Origin: Felis catus
Lineage: Eukaryota
DNA: 64,000 nt
Assembly (NCBI RefSeq): GCF_018350175.1
Contig: NC_058368.1
Location: 185,630,001 to 185,694,000, forward strand
Reading direction: 5' to 3'
Below the pieces are notes generated by a model, which had not been told where the DNA came from, searched no databases, and saw only the letters and a program-made list of their open reading frames with translations. This document shows, piece by piece, positions 37,790-50,403 of the stretch. A program made the position numbers and the translations under genes. The first letter of the stretch is position 1. Each line of letters opens with the position of its first letter.

Positions 37790-39781
37790 TTATATAAATT
37801 ATAAACAGATTACTGAGGTATTAAAATACCACATATTACGTTCTACTAAAGTATAAAATTCTGTTTTTAGTATATGGACAGGATTATGCAGCCAGCACTA
37901 CAACCTAAATTTAGGACATTATTGTCTTACCCCAAAGAAATACTGTACCTATTAGCAGTCATCTCCATAATCCTCTTCCCTGTACAATACTCCCATCTAG
38001 TCCAAGGCAACTACTGATCTTTTTGCTTCTACAGATTTATTTATTCTGGACATGTCCTATAAACAGAATAATATAATTAGTAGCTATTAGTGACTGTCTT
38101 CTTTCAGCATAATTTTAGGGTTCATCCATGTTGTGGGCTAATTAAGTTCTACCTTTGTTTTGTGAATTGTGTTAAACTTAGAGATATACAACTATTTATT
38201 TACCCATTCATCAATTCATGGATATATGGGTTGGCTACACTTCCGTGAACATGTGGGTTATCTTTGGCTATTATAAGTAAAGCTGCTATGAACATTTATA
38301 TATAAGTTTTTGTGTGGACTAGTGATTAATTTTTCTTGGTTATACATCCCAGGATGGAACTGCTTGGTCATACAGTATCTGTAATAATTTCGGACACTGT
38401 CAAACTGTTTCCCAAAGTGGCGACATTATTTGACATTTCAATTAGCAAATGTGCAATGTGTTATTGCTCTGTATTTCTATCAACCTTTTTTTTTAATAAA
38501 ATTTTAAGTGTAGTCACGTTACTTGATGTGAAAATGAATCTCTTTGAGGTTTTGATAATTATTCCCCTAACCACTAACATTACTGAGCATTGTTTTGTGT
38601 GTTTGTTGACTTTGGCATGTTTGGGGAAATGCCTATTTAGGTTCTGGGACCAGTTTTAAATTTCAGTGTGATTTATCAGGTACATGTCAGATACACGATT
38701 TGTGAATACTTTCTTCAATTCTGTGGACTGCTTTTTCACTTTTTTGAAAGTATGGTTTGCAGCATAAAAGGTTCTAAATTTCTTACAGTCCCAGTTGTCC
38801 TTGGTGTGCTAAGAAACCATCGCTTAATGTAAGGTTAAAAATACTGACTCCTATGTTTTCCTCTAACAGTTATATATTTTAAACTATTACATTTAAATCT
38901 ATAAACCACTTAAAGTTAATTTTTACATATTATGTAAGTCAGGAATTCAGCTTTACTCGTCGGTATGTGGCTATCTAGTTGTCCCTGTACAATTTGTGAA
39001 AACTATTTTTCCCCATTCAATTGTCTTGGCACTTTTGTCTAAAATCAATTAGCTACTAATCTGTAAGTCTATCTTTATGCCAGTACCAGATTATTTTTGT
39101 TATTGTAGATTTGTAGTAAGTTTTAAAATTGGGGAAATTTGAGTCCTTCAACTTAGTTCTCCTTTTTCGAGAATATTCTGGCTATTCTTTGTCCTTTACA
39201 TTTCCATTTGAGTTTTAGGATAAACTTGTCAATGTCTACAAGAAGCCAGCTGGGATTTGATAGCAACTGCATTGAATCTATAGATCAATTTGAACACTAT
39301 TGCCATCTTAAAATATTGAGTCTTTTTTAAAAAAAAATGTTGATGGCAGAGAGAGAGGGAGACAGAGGATCTGAAGCCGGCTTTACCCTGACAGCAGAGA
39401 GCCCAAACCTGGGCTCAAACTCATGGGAACCAAAGTCAAGAACCATGAGGTCATGACCTGAGCCAAAGTTGGACACTTAACCAACTGAGCCACCCAGACG
39501 TCCCAAAATACTGCGTCTTCTGACACATGTGTGTGAAATGCCTTTTAATTACCTTAGATCTTTAATTCTTTTTAACAATATTTATAGTTTTCAATATACA
39601 CATATTATGCTTGTTTTATGAATATATACCTAAGTATTTTGTTATTCTTGATCTATTACAAATAGAATTGTTTTCTTAATTTCATTTTTGGAATGTTCAT
39701 TACTAGTGTTTATAAACATAATTGGTGTTTGTCTACTGACCTCACATCCTACAACTCTGATGCACTTGTTTATTAGCACTA

Positions 39782-39819
<38 letters not shown>

Positions 39820-40295
39820 TCCTCAGAATTTTCTATTTATAAATCATATAATCTGCAAATACTTATGTCTTCCTCTCCAATCTGGATGCTTTATGTTTAT
39901 TTTTCTTGCCCAACTACCCTGATTAGAAACCCCCCTCCCCCACTACAATGTTAAATAGAAATGACAAAGATTAATGTCCTTATCTTTTTCATGATTTAGG
40001 GAGAAAGTATTCAAGATTTCATCACTATGTTTTATGGTAGTTGTAGGGTTTTGTTTTTAGAAGTCTTCTTAAAGTCTGAGGCTTTTATTCTTTGTTGAGT
40101 TTTTTTTTAATCATGAAAGGATATTGGATTTTTATCAAATCAGTTTTCTACATTTGCTGAGATACAGAGTTTTTGTTCCTCATTCACTTGATGTGGTGTG
40201 ATTATTAATTGATTCTTTGTGTTAAACTGACCATACGTGTGTGGGATATATTCTATTTGGTCTTGATGTATCATCCTTTTTATATGTTATTTTGC
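37790..40295 (-). mobile_element. Old L1 (L1MB-like) 3'UTR and ORF2 remnant, interrupted by a SINE and (GT)n
   Basis: CCCCAAAGAAATACTGTACCTATTAGCAGTCA..TATTCTGGACAT..GTTCATCCATGTTGT 3'UTR motifs; TCTTTATGCCAGTACCA (antisense WYWHK) at ~39075. Confidence 0.85.
39325..39504 (-). mobile_element. Can-SINE nested in L1
   Basis: Degenerate TSD AAAATATTGAGTCTT (39310-39324) / AAAATACTGCGTCTT (39505-39519). Confidence 0.9.
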
Positions 40296-40310
40296 TGATT
40301 CTTTAATTCT

Positions 40311-40513
40311 TTTTAAAAAAAATTAATGTTTATTTTTGAGAGACAGCATGGCTGTGCAAGTGGGTAGGGGCAGAGAAAGAGGGGGTTAGAGGATCTGAAG
40401 TGGGCTCTGTGCTGGCAGCAGAGAGCCCCATGCAAGGCTTGAACTCATGAACCATGAGATCATGACTTGAGCCAAAGTCAGGTGCTTAACCCACTGAGCC
40501 ACACAGGCGCCCC
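40311..40513 (-). mobile_element. Can-SINE
   Basis: Antisense body ending CAGGCGCCCC; TTTAATTCT on both flanks. Confidence 0.92.
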
Positions 40514-40529
40514 TCATTTTAATTCTGTA

Positions 40530-41092
40530 AGCATAGTTTCCTTTTGTTCTTTGAACATGTTTATGTTCAAAGTTAGTTCCTTTTGCCTTTTCCCTGTATG
40601 AGTCATGCATACATTATTTGCATTTCTCTTAACTTTTACTGAAAGCTGCACTTTATATTTCAGCAACTGTGTCTTGATATGCATTCTCTACAGGAGGGAA
40701 AGTTATTGTTATTTTATTGGTCTTATTTTAAATTTGTTTAATGATAAATTCTGTGAAGTGTATTTACCTTGCAGTGTACAGCCTCTGATGTCCCTGCTCA
40801 AACTTTTTTTTTTTTTTGGCTTTAATACTTTGGTTCAGCTACTTAAAGATCAGCATAAGCTATTTATTGGTCACAGATTACGCTTAGGAGCCCTTAAGCA
40901 GTAAGATTTTTACCCTGTACTCTTGGGTATGCATGTAGTTTGTAGGTTACTACCACTGTTCAGTGTGTTTACACTTTACATACATATTCAGCCTGGAACT
41001 GTGAACTTGATGGTTACCCCTCTAATCGGCCTTAGAGAGTAAAGCATTGGTCATGCATACTCATCCACACTGCCAGTAGTGGGTCTGATTTA

Positions 41093-41123
<31 letters not shown>

Positions 41124-41912
41124 TTTTTCAACGTTTTTTTTTATTTATTTTTGGGACAGAGAGACAGAGCATGAACGGGGGAGGGGCAGAGAGAGAGGGA
41201 GACACAGAATCGGAAACAGGCTCCAGGCTCCGAGCCATCAGCCCAGAGCCTGATGCGGGGCTCGAACTCACGGACCGCGAGATCGTGACCTGGCTGAAGT
41301 CGGACGCTCAACCGACTGCGCCACCCAGGCGCCCCTTGGTCTGATTTATTTTTAAACGATGTGTTCTAGGAGTCACACTTGGGTCAGAGAAGCTTATTTG
41401 TCAGCCAGGATCTGGTTAGAAGTTGAATTTAAGACCTTTGTGCCAATGGGCTATGTTCCCTGTGTTGATGGGTCTGTGTGTGGCTTGGAGGTTATTTTTG
41501 TGTCTGGCTGTGATTGATTCCAAATGGGTACAGCCTAGCGCATGTGCATAGATTTCCTGAACTCCAGGGTTGATTGTGATTCCATGGGTACTTCTCTTGA
41601 ATGCCTAATGGTAGAAGGAGGGCAGATGGTGAGCCCTGTGTTCTTGGCTGCACCAGTCTTCAGTGGAGTTAGGTCATGCTGGGCTGGATGCGGGGAGAAT
41701 CGTAGTGCATCATGATTCACATACTACAGGCTCTCAGTGTTCTTACTGAGAGTGAGTAGTTGTTGCTTGTCAATGTTCTTCATTTGCTATGTGCGCTTAG
41801 GACAATTTCTCATGGACTTTAAATGATTGCTTATATTTCAAAAATGAAATTTTCATTTTGCTGGGAAGTGTCTTCAGCACTCCTTACATTGCCGTTTCAG
41901 AAGTCCTGCCCA
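40530..41912 (-). mobile_element. Probable ancient L1M 5'-region remnant
   Basis: CTTGCAGTGTACAGCCTCTGATGTC and terminal CTCCTTAC..GCCGTTTCAGAAGTC resemble antisense old-L1 5' ends. Confidence 0.45.
41098..41335 (-). mobile_element. Young felid Can-SINE (SINEC_Fc-like)
   Basis: Near-consensus CpG-rich body, long pure T-tail, perfect 16-bp TSD GGTCTGATTTATTTTT at 41082-41097 and 41338-41353. Confidence 0.97.
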
Positions 41913-42719
41913 CTATGTAAGTGTTTGCATATGTAGGTCATACATAGACAAACCTTTATAATGTATATGCACCCATATACATTTACGAATGAGTAGGAAA
42001 AGACCTGGCAGCATCAGCACACTAATGTTAGCAGACTGGAAAATTGGGTATGGCTGGCTGAGTGCAGATTAAATCTCTACTTAATCAGTTATTCCTATCA
42101 ATACACTTCTGTCACTCTCCTGCTTTATACACCATATTATGTTCCTGCCAATCAAAATCCTAAATACCTAAATGTTGGCATTATAGGTTCTTCATAGTCT
42201 GTCTCTAAGTTATTTGCCTGATGTGCCCCTTACTCTATCGTCCTGCTAAAATCTTACTATTCAAGTCTCCTCTGAAATTCTGCCTTCCCCATGAATCATT
42301 TCCTGATTATGCCTCTGTACTACACATTCGTTTTCATGTCACCACGTGGGGTATATGATTCAGTTAATATGGCTTTCCTGTTGTACTCTAAGTGCCTCAA
42401 GAGCCAAGAATATGTCTCATTCTTTTGTTTCCTATCACTTTACACACAAACTGTCACATAGTAGGAACTTAGTGGAAATCATTTTTTAATGAATATTTTC
42501 CATGATAATATATAATATGTGGCAGCAGGAACCTCCTGTTTAAGGCTGTAGCTATGAGCATTAAACATTAGGTGTAAATAGGAATATGTGCTCCATGAGG
42601 TACTCAGTGAAAATACATCAATTTGCACTCTTTGACTTACAGGACCCAAAGTATATGCAACTGAGGGTGTGAAAGGAATGATCTGAAATTTTGGCTCCCA
42701 GGAAAGGAAGCGCTAAGAA

Positions 42720-42945
42720 GACTAATGTTTTCTGAGGGTCTGCTCTGCTCCAACTAGCAGCCTAAGCACTTTGCACTAATAAATATCCTTTTTAAAAAGT
42801 AATAATAATCTTGAGATTTAGGTATTGTTCAGTTTACAGAAAGAGAATTTGAGGCACAGAGCTATTAAAAGACTTGCCTGGTGTCACAAAATTGATGGTT
42901 GGAAGAACAAGGACTTGAACCTCGGCCTGATTCAAAGCTTGGCAT
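42720..42945 (-). mobile_element. MIR
   Basis: TTTACAGAAAGAGAATTTGAGGCACAGAG..GACTTGCC..GGACTTGAACC..CCTGATTCAAAGC. Confidence 0.75.
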
Positions 42946-43844
42946 TCTGAATTTTAATTTCAGTCCTTGTAATAAAACTGTTTTGAATTAATTATCGCAT
43001 AACTGGAAGTACTCTTTAACTTCTGTTTTCCCTGCTTGGGGGCATCTTAAAAATCAGTGGCATGTTGGACTGACTGCATCTTTCTGTCTCATCTGATCCT
43101 GTCACACATGCATAGACACGGTCAGGGATGTGACTTATAACACCTAATGGCTGTAAGTAAGACTAGCAAGCTTGTTTGGCATTTCCTACAGAAACAGCCT
43201 TTCAGATGTCTCCTTGGTGGGAGACAGAGGGCATTGCCAAATAGCTAATAGGTAAACCTATCTTTGGGGACCGGTGCTGGATAATGTTCTCAAAACAGAA
43301 ACCGTTTATCCATAGTTGCATATGAAGTGTTGCATATTATCTCTGTGAATTTTCCCCTTCCCTCCTCTCACAATAACAGATACTGGCGCCTATTTGGATA
43401 ATGCCTCAACCAGCACTTTAATCATACTGGATACTATGAAAAAGCAGTGTTATTCAGGCGGCAAAGTATATATAAACACATTATAAAGATTCCCTGTGTA
43501 ATTGGAAATTATTTGTTTTGTTTCAGCAAATAACTGGAATTCAGTGTAATAGGCTAGTGGTTTTAACTAACGTGGTTTGGTTCTTAAGCAGGTATCGCAT
43601 GAGCAATACATCACCATGCTTTGCAATGACAAATTTTTAGAGCTGAGATTGTTCTATAAATGATCTTCCTCATAGAACTTATATAGCACTGTTTTATAGA
43701 CATTTGGCTACTTGGGAAAGAGCTGAGTGGTCATTTTGACCCACTGGGTTCTTTCTAAGACTCCTCAAGAGAAATCCTTTTAATATATGGTTTTCTGTCA
43801 TCCTCATGGTCAATAAATCATGACACACCACTGCAGGCAACAGA

Positions 43845-44095
43845 ATTTTTTTTATAGTATGTGCCTTGGAACCAGACAAACCTCCATGAAAATCCTATCT
43901 CCACCTGTTACCAACACCATGGCCTTACACAAATTAATGCCCTCTAGACTTTAGTGTTTTCATTTATAAAATGGGACTAGTAACATCTACCTTCATGGTT
44001 TGTTGGAGTGATTAAGTGAAATGATTAACAAATCGTTATAGTGCTATCAAAATCACAGTGTTGAGAAGCTTTGAGAAACAAGTGTCAGGCTCAGC
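43845..44095 (+). mobile_element. MIR
   Basis: TTGGAACCAGAC..AAATCCTATCTCCAC..TTTCATTTATAAAATGGGACTAGTAACATCTACCTTCATGGTTTGTTG. Confidence 0.75.
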
Positions 44096-44842
44096 ACAGG
44101 AGAGAATTCTGGTGGGTTGGGGTATTTCCATGCCCATGAGATGCAGGATGGCATCCCAGTTTACAATCTCCCATTTCTCACCTTCAAATATTATTCTGTT
44201 GTTGTCTTTGGTTTTCTCCAACCCTAGATTAGAGACAACAATTTCAACAGGATGATTCTTTCCACAGAGCCTGAATGCTAAAAATTGTAAGCTTACGATA
44301 AAAGGAAATTACATTTGATGCAAGCAAGAGATTGCTGATAATTGAATCTCTTGGCTCATGGGAATAAGATCCCAAGAGAGGTTTGGAATTATTTAGGAGT
44401 TTTAAGAGTAAACTAATAAATATTGATCTATATCTCTAGAGTCTAAGAGAAATTAGTCTGGTATAAAATGGAATAGAGCATTGAGTCTAAATTAAAACAG
44501 GTTTGTTTTTTTTTCCCCCGGGCATTTAAGTTATATCTTTATTTCACACTAGCTGGCATTTCAGTAACTTATTTTTATCATTGCTGTAGTTACAATTATT
44601 AATTCAGGGGGTTAGTCAGCAAGTCAGAAATGATAAGTCTTGGGCACTGAGGATCAGCTAAAGGGAAGAGAGACGAGGAGGAGGAAGTAGAGAAAGGTTA
44701 AGAGAAACAGGAAAAGAAAGGCAAGAATGGAGGGATGGAGGGAGACAGGAGAAGGGGAAAGAAAGAAGAAAGGAGGAAGAAAAACTTTACAGGTTTTTAT
44801 TTAGGTAATGATTTCAAAATCATTACAGGTATTAGAAATATT

Positions 44843-45054
44843 GGGGCCCCTGGGTGGCTCCGTCAGTTAAGCGTCCAACTTCGGCTCAGGTCATGATCTT
44901 ACGGTCCGTGAGTTACAGCCATGTGTCGGGCTCTGTGCTGACAGCTCAGAGCCTGGAGCCTGCTTCGGATTCTGTGTCTCCCTCTCTCTCTGCCCCTACC
45001 CTGTTCATTCTCTGTCTCTCTCTGTCTCAAAAATAAATAAAAGTTAAAAAAAAA
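44843..45054 (+). mobile_element. Can-SINE
   Basis: Full body; TSD AGAAATATT at 44834-44842 and 45055-45063. Confidence 0.95.
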
Positions 45055-45094
45055 AGAAATATTTTAGATCAGAAAGGCAACTGTCAGTGCACAT

Positions 45095-45255
45095 ATTTTG
45101 TTTCTTAAAATTTAATGGGCATACACACCTCCTAGGTTTGGTATTACAATGCAGATTCTGAGTTGATGGGTCAGATTTGGGACAGACTATGTATTTCTAA
45201 CAAGTTCCAAGGTGATGCTGATGGTCTGCTTCTAGAACCACAGTTGGAGTGGCAT
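45095..45255. mobile_element. MER5A-like hAT MITE
   Basis: AATGCAGATTCTG..TATTTCTAACAAGTTCCAAGGTGATGCTGATG..ACCACAGTTGGAGT. Confidence 0.7.
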
Positions 45256-45327
45256 GGTATCTATCACCAATGAAGTGTTTATTCCCAGAGAGTGTAGTTT
45301 CTCATGAAGACTGGTGCATATACTTAG

Positions 45328-46022
45328 AGCAGCAGTTCTGCAAATATAGCTGCACATTAGAAGCTTCTAGGGAGCCTAAAAAAAAATATTGATGTCTGTG
45401 TCTCATTCTTCCTCTGACCACCCCTCCCCCCACCAGAGATTTGAATGTAATTGATGTGGGGTATGATCTGGGCGTCAGGAATTTCAAAAGGTCCCAGGTT
45501 TGTTAAGTTTCCACTGCTGCTGTGACAAGTTACTATAAGCTTAGTGGCTTAAGAAACATAAATTTACAAATTCATTTTCTTGCAGTTCTGTCAGTTATAA
45601 ATCTGACTGGGATCTTACTGGGTTAAGATGCATTCCTTACTGGAACCTCTAGGGGAAATCTTTTTCTTTTCTATTTCCAGTTTCTAGAGGTTGCATGCTT
45701 TTCTTGCTAATAGTTCACTTTAAAGCCAGTATCTCAGGCTAGGTCTTTCTTATGCAGCCTTCCCTCTGGGTCTCTCTTCGCAGCACTCTTCTCCTAAGGG
45801 ATCTTGTGATTACACTGGGTCCATCCAGACATTCCAGGATAATCTCCCTATTTTAAGTTAGCTAATTACCAATCTGAATTCTATCTGCAACTTTAATTTC
45901 TTTTTGCCATGTAAACTATTATATTCACAGATGCCAGGGGTTAGGACAAGGATATCTTTGGGGGTCATTATTCAGCCTACCATATCATGGGATTCTAATG
46001 TACAGCCAGGGATAGAAATCAA
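45328..46022. mobile_element. MER5-family MITE split by an MLT1 LTR
   Basis: GCTGCACATTAGAAGC..CCCCACCAGAGATT..AAAAGGTCCCAGG continues after the LTR as GATTCTAATGTACAGCCAGGG. Confidence 0.7.
45500..45985 (-). mobile_element. MLT1 (C/D-like) solo LTR
   Basis: GCTGCTGTGACAAGTTACTATAAGCTTAGTGGCTTAA..CTTGTGATTACACTGGGTCCA..GGGGTCATTATTCAGCCTACCA. Confidence 0.85.
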
Positions 46023-47177
46023 AATAGAACATCGTCACTCAAATTGGACCAGAAGGAAATAAAAATGTTCTAGAGGCATTAGAAGGGAGGCAGACTTAAT
46101 CTTTTACATTTGTCATATATTCCTCATTTTAATATCATATGTGTATTTCCTCTTGCCTTGGGAAATAAAATCTCTTTAATATGGTCTCACTTGATTCCTG
46201 TTAGATATACAGGATATATAAACTGATCTGAGGGGAAAAAAAGTCATAAGTAAGGAAAATGGGAGGTGATGGGAGAATCTTCAAATACCAATTTGGTATT
46301 TGTGAATTATTCACACACCATGGATTGAACCTTTCCATTTTATTGTTTGAGTTTATGATCTTCACCCTTTTCTATGCCCCTGGCCACTGCTTTGTCTCAG
46401 GTGTCTGATAAATCTCCTAAATGCCAACATGCTGGGCAGAGAAGACCACACTGTGACACCTAAGCTTTAAAGTGACAATTCAAAGGTAAAGATGATAATA
46501 AAAGAATAATGAATTAGCTTATCATTAATGTGGACCCTATTATAATGCAAATATGGGTGTTCTGAATAGTCTTACCCTTTAAAATTCAAAATAGCATGGT
46601 TTGACAGTTAAACATGATAGGAGAAATAACTACATTATAATGAAAGTAATCAACTTCCAAAATCTGCATATTTACATGCAAAATGAGTGAATAAAAATCT
46701 AGAGTGGGGAAAAAAGGAAAGATATTTTAAAATTCCAAATATAAAGGGCCATTTTATAGATGTGCTCTAACATATAAAAGGAGTTGCCCAAAAATGGATT
46801 CAAGAAGTATATTTTGGAGAAAGGAAGCATACAGTTATGTGAAATAAGGTGAAGAAGGGGTATGGTGAGGAGTACAAATAGGAGATAGAATGCATTGGGA
46901 GTTATTTGATTTAATTAACTGAGCTGACCTAGCAGGATGCCAAGCCAAGCGCCATCTCAACTGTCAGGGATAAGTCATATTGTACCCATGTGTATTGTAG
47001 TCATGTAGCATACATTATAATGTAGTTCTTCCTCTCTCTAATCACATTAGCTGTCATACTATCCTATTCTGAATTTTGAAAAATAAGATTATTCAGAACA
47101 ACTATATTTGCATCATAATAGGATCTACATTACATTTCTGAGTGTAATTTCACTGTGTGAAATCATTAAAACATTTT

Positions 47178-47356
47178 GTATGGTTCGCTCCAAGTGTGTG
47201 TTCCCAGACCAGCCACATTAGCATCAGTTGGGAACTTGTTAGAAATTGCAAGATTTGCTGAATCAACTCAGTTGATTTCGGGGTAGGGCCCCAAAATCTG
47301 TGTTTTAATTTGTCTTCCAGGTGATTTTGGTACATGTTCAACTTTGACAACTGCTA
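47178..47356. mobile_element. MER5A hAT MITE
   Basis: CCCAGACCAGC..AGCATCAGTTGGGAACTTGTTAGAAATTGCA..GGGGTAGGGCCC..AATCTGTGTTTTAA..CCAGGTGATT. Confidence 0.85.
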
Positions 47357-48715
47357 TTAAATGAACACAAGAGCAGCTTTGTAGAACAATTTTCTTATTT
47401 GTTATTAACACTGTTGGTTGTAGTTGGTACTGGTCATGGAGGCGGTGGGTACAATGTGATGAAAAGGCTGTATCTAGGGCGAATCTCCTTGGATTTTGGA
47501 CATCACTATATTTACGTGAAGTTTATTTTTTCTCTAGATGTTTTAGAGGATTCAGAGCTTTTTCTCCATATTCTCTTAATGACTTACTTTTTGGAATCTT
47601 GGAAAATTAAAATCTCATATGGTTCTGGGGCTAGAGAGCATCACTCCATTCCAACATCAGAGAGATAATTCATATAAAGACATTAATATTTCCTCAGAAT
47701 TTGTGAAGTTTTCTTCGTTCTGATTCTGCAGTTTTGATAAGAAAAAATATTTTGATCTAGCCTAGATCCATTGGAAATTCATTTTTCTTGCTAATAGAAG
47801 TTACGTATATTTAAAGTTTTATTTATCAGTTTAGTTGATAAGTACTTTAATTATCCAGCTGTTACAGCCACAATTGGCTTCTTACATTATTAAAGATTAG
47901 TTTTGAAGCACCTGTCTATGTCTTCAAAAGTCTAAACATGTAGAAGAAAATATTTCTTTTTCTTTTATTCTACTTTAATACTGCTTTAAGGAATTAATCA
48001 GAGGTAACTTTTCCTTTTTTTATGAAGCTTTCTACAAATTGTATTGACATTTCTGCCACAGGTGTATGTAGTAACTTTGAAGATTTGGTGTAGGTTCAGT
48101 TCTGGATTTCTAAAACTACATAATTGGAGGCTCAGCTCGTATAAGTGTGCACACGGAAACAGTTTCAGAGATAATTCCCTTTATCCCAGCAGGAACAAAC
48201 CATGCCAAGGAGAAGTTTAACTGAATAAACAAGTTAACCAGAAAGTTCTGTTGATCATATAGTACATAGTCCAACCATAGGTTAAAAGAAGTTTTGTAGT
48301 GCTTTCTCTCTAGACATGAAGTTGGAAAGAATTTTGAGAGTTTTAGTATTTAGTTCACCTAATTCTTACAGACTAGACTGATACCATCCCATTAGGATAT
48401 TGCTCAATATTCATTATAATGGTATAAATTTGCAATGATTATAAATCATTCCTTTTCAAAGTACATTCCTCAGGACACTAATTTTCCATTTGTGTATGTT
48501 TATGTGTGAAGGTGGGGTGCAGAGGGGTGAGGGAGTTCAGAGGTCAAATAAATTTGGTTAGTGCACTATACAACAGATCCTTCTCAGAGATACATAACAC
48601 AAATTAACATATTAAAGATTTATTAAATTCTGAAATTTGTTTAATAGAAGTGTCCAGCACTTTTTTGAATTTGAGTGTTCTAATTTTAAAAGTAACCCAT
48701 ATAAACACATCTTTT

Positions 48716-48740
48716 TAATTAAAAAAAAATAACGTTTATT

Positions 48741-48794
<54 letters not shown>

Positions 48795-48957
48795 TAAACA
48801 GGAGAGGGACAGAGACAGAGGCAAACAGAATCCCAAGGAAGCTCCAGGTTCTGAGCTGTCAACACAGAGCCCAACGCAGGGCTCAAACTCACAAACCATG
48901 AAATCATGACCTGAGCTGAAGTCGGATACTTAACCGACTGAGCCACCCAGGCGCCCC
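48716..48957 (-). mobile_element. Can-SINE with long (GA)n
   Basis: Perfect 14-bp TSD TAAACACATCTTTT at 48702-48715 and 48958-48971. Confidence 0.96.
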
Positions 48958-48971
48958 TAAACACATCTTTT

Positions 48972-49075
48972 GTAAAAGTGATTTTAAGTAATGTCTACAC
49001 TCAGTGAGGGGCTCGATCTCACAACCCTGAAATTACGAGTCTCATGCTCTACCGACTGAGCTAGCCAGGCACCCC
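48972..49075 (-). mobile_element. Short tRNA-Lys-like carnivore SINE (SINEC_c-like)
   Basis: Antisense GGGGTGCCTGGCTAGCTCAGTCGGTAGAGCATGAGACTC..GTAGACATTACTTAAAA; flanks AACACATCTTTT / AACACTTCTTTT. Confidence 0.88.
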
Positions 49076-49654
49076 AACACTTCTTTTACTATGTCTTCTA
49101 AAATGTTTTCCATTATAGTTGGAGGTTTCTTTACACATATGAATAGAAAGGTCATTCCAAGTTCCAGTCTGAAGACTAATTAGATGAGATTATTAAGCAG
49201 ATTAAGTCTTTTACTTTTCTTCTCTATAAAATATTACAAAAATATTTTGATATGTCCTGCTCATATCAAAAATCAACTCTTCCCATTCTATATAGATTTC
49301 TATTTCTCAGATATAGCATACTATGTTCTTCAGTATGGATTACAGAATCATGCTTTTCTCTAAATAGTAGAAACATATATGAGAGATTGTATGTCGATAA
49401 TTTTTGAGCCACTATGCTTACAAAGTAACACTTATAAAATGGGAACCATAATAAGGCCATGTCAAAGACAATGAGAATTTAGCAAACAACATTTATTAAG
49501 CATCTCATATATTCCAGGAACCACACTGGCTCTTGGGGATACAGTGATTCTTGATCTTATGAGGCTTCTGGTAGAGCTCTTATTTAATAAAGCTATGTTT
49601 CATAGAGTTGACTAACTCATAATTTCCTTTATTTAATCTAATTTTAACAACATA

Positions 49655-49860
49655 AATAATAACTCTATTTATTGGTTACATACTTTTATGACAGAACCTA
49701 TTTGGTAATTCCCATAATAATTTCATGAATAAGTATTCCTATTCTATATTACAGTTATGGAACCAAAGCTATAAGAATTTAAGACCTAGATAAGAATGGA
49801 GACAGATTTTAAATTCAGATTGTTCTTGTTTGGAAGAGTTTTTCTGTACTACACCATATT
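49655..49860 (-). mobile_element. MIR
   Basis: TATTCCTATTCTATATTACAGTTATGGAACCAAAGCT..GATTTTAAATTCAGAT..TACTACACCAT. Confidence 0.55.
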
Positions 49861-50179
49861 GTTCATATTGACAGAGACTGTTTAAGTCTCAGGAAAAAAA
49901 TGATTATTTTCGATGCAAACTATGAAATCTGTTACTCTAAAAATAGAGATCTAGAAGCTAGAAAGTCATAATTTGTGTTTTGACTCTATTTGAAACTTGC
50001 TCTATGACCCAAGTGAGATTATTTATTTTATTATTAGTTTATTTATTTTATTTATCTTTGTCCCGCTTTTCAAAAGTATATTATGGAAGTTAAATATAAA
50101 CATAGAAAAAGGTTCAAATTATGTGTTAAATCTTGACGCATTTTCAGAATGTGAACACATCTATAGAAAGAACACCTAG

Positions 50180-50403
50180 GGACGCCTGGGTGGCGCAGTC
50201 GGTTGGGTGTCCGACTTCAGCCAGGTCACGATCTCGTGGTCCGGGAGTTCGAGCCCCGTGTCAGGCTCTGGGTTGATGGCTCAGAGCCTGGAGCCTGTTT
50301 CCGATTCTGTGTCTCCCTCTCTCTCTGCCCCTCCCCCGTTCATGCTCTGTCTCTCTCTGTCCCAAAAATAAATAAACGTTGAAAAGAAAAAAGAAAAAAA
50401 AAA
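50180..50403 (+). mobile_element. Young felid Can-SINE (SINEC_Fc-like)
   Basis: GGCGCAGTC / CAGCCAGGTCACG diagnostics; TSD AAAGAACACCTAG at 50167-50179 and 50404-50416. Confidence 0.97.

Noticed and set aside
44660..44785. Purine-rich tract as triplex/H-DNA element
   Set aside because: Interrupted, no clear mirror symmetry; ordinary low-complexity sequence
48062..48220. Acceptor-like TATTGAC..CCACAG followed by 52 open codons
   Set aside because: No convincing donor and the peptide resembles nothing I recognise
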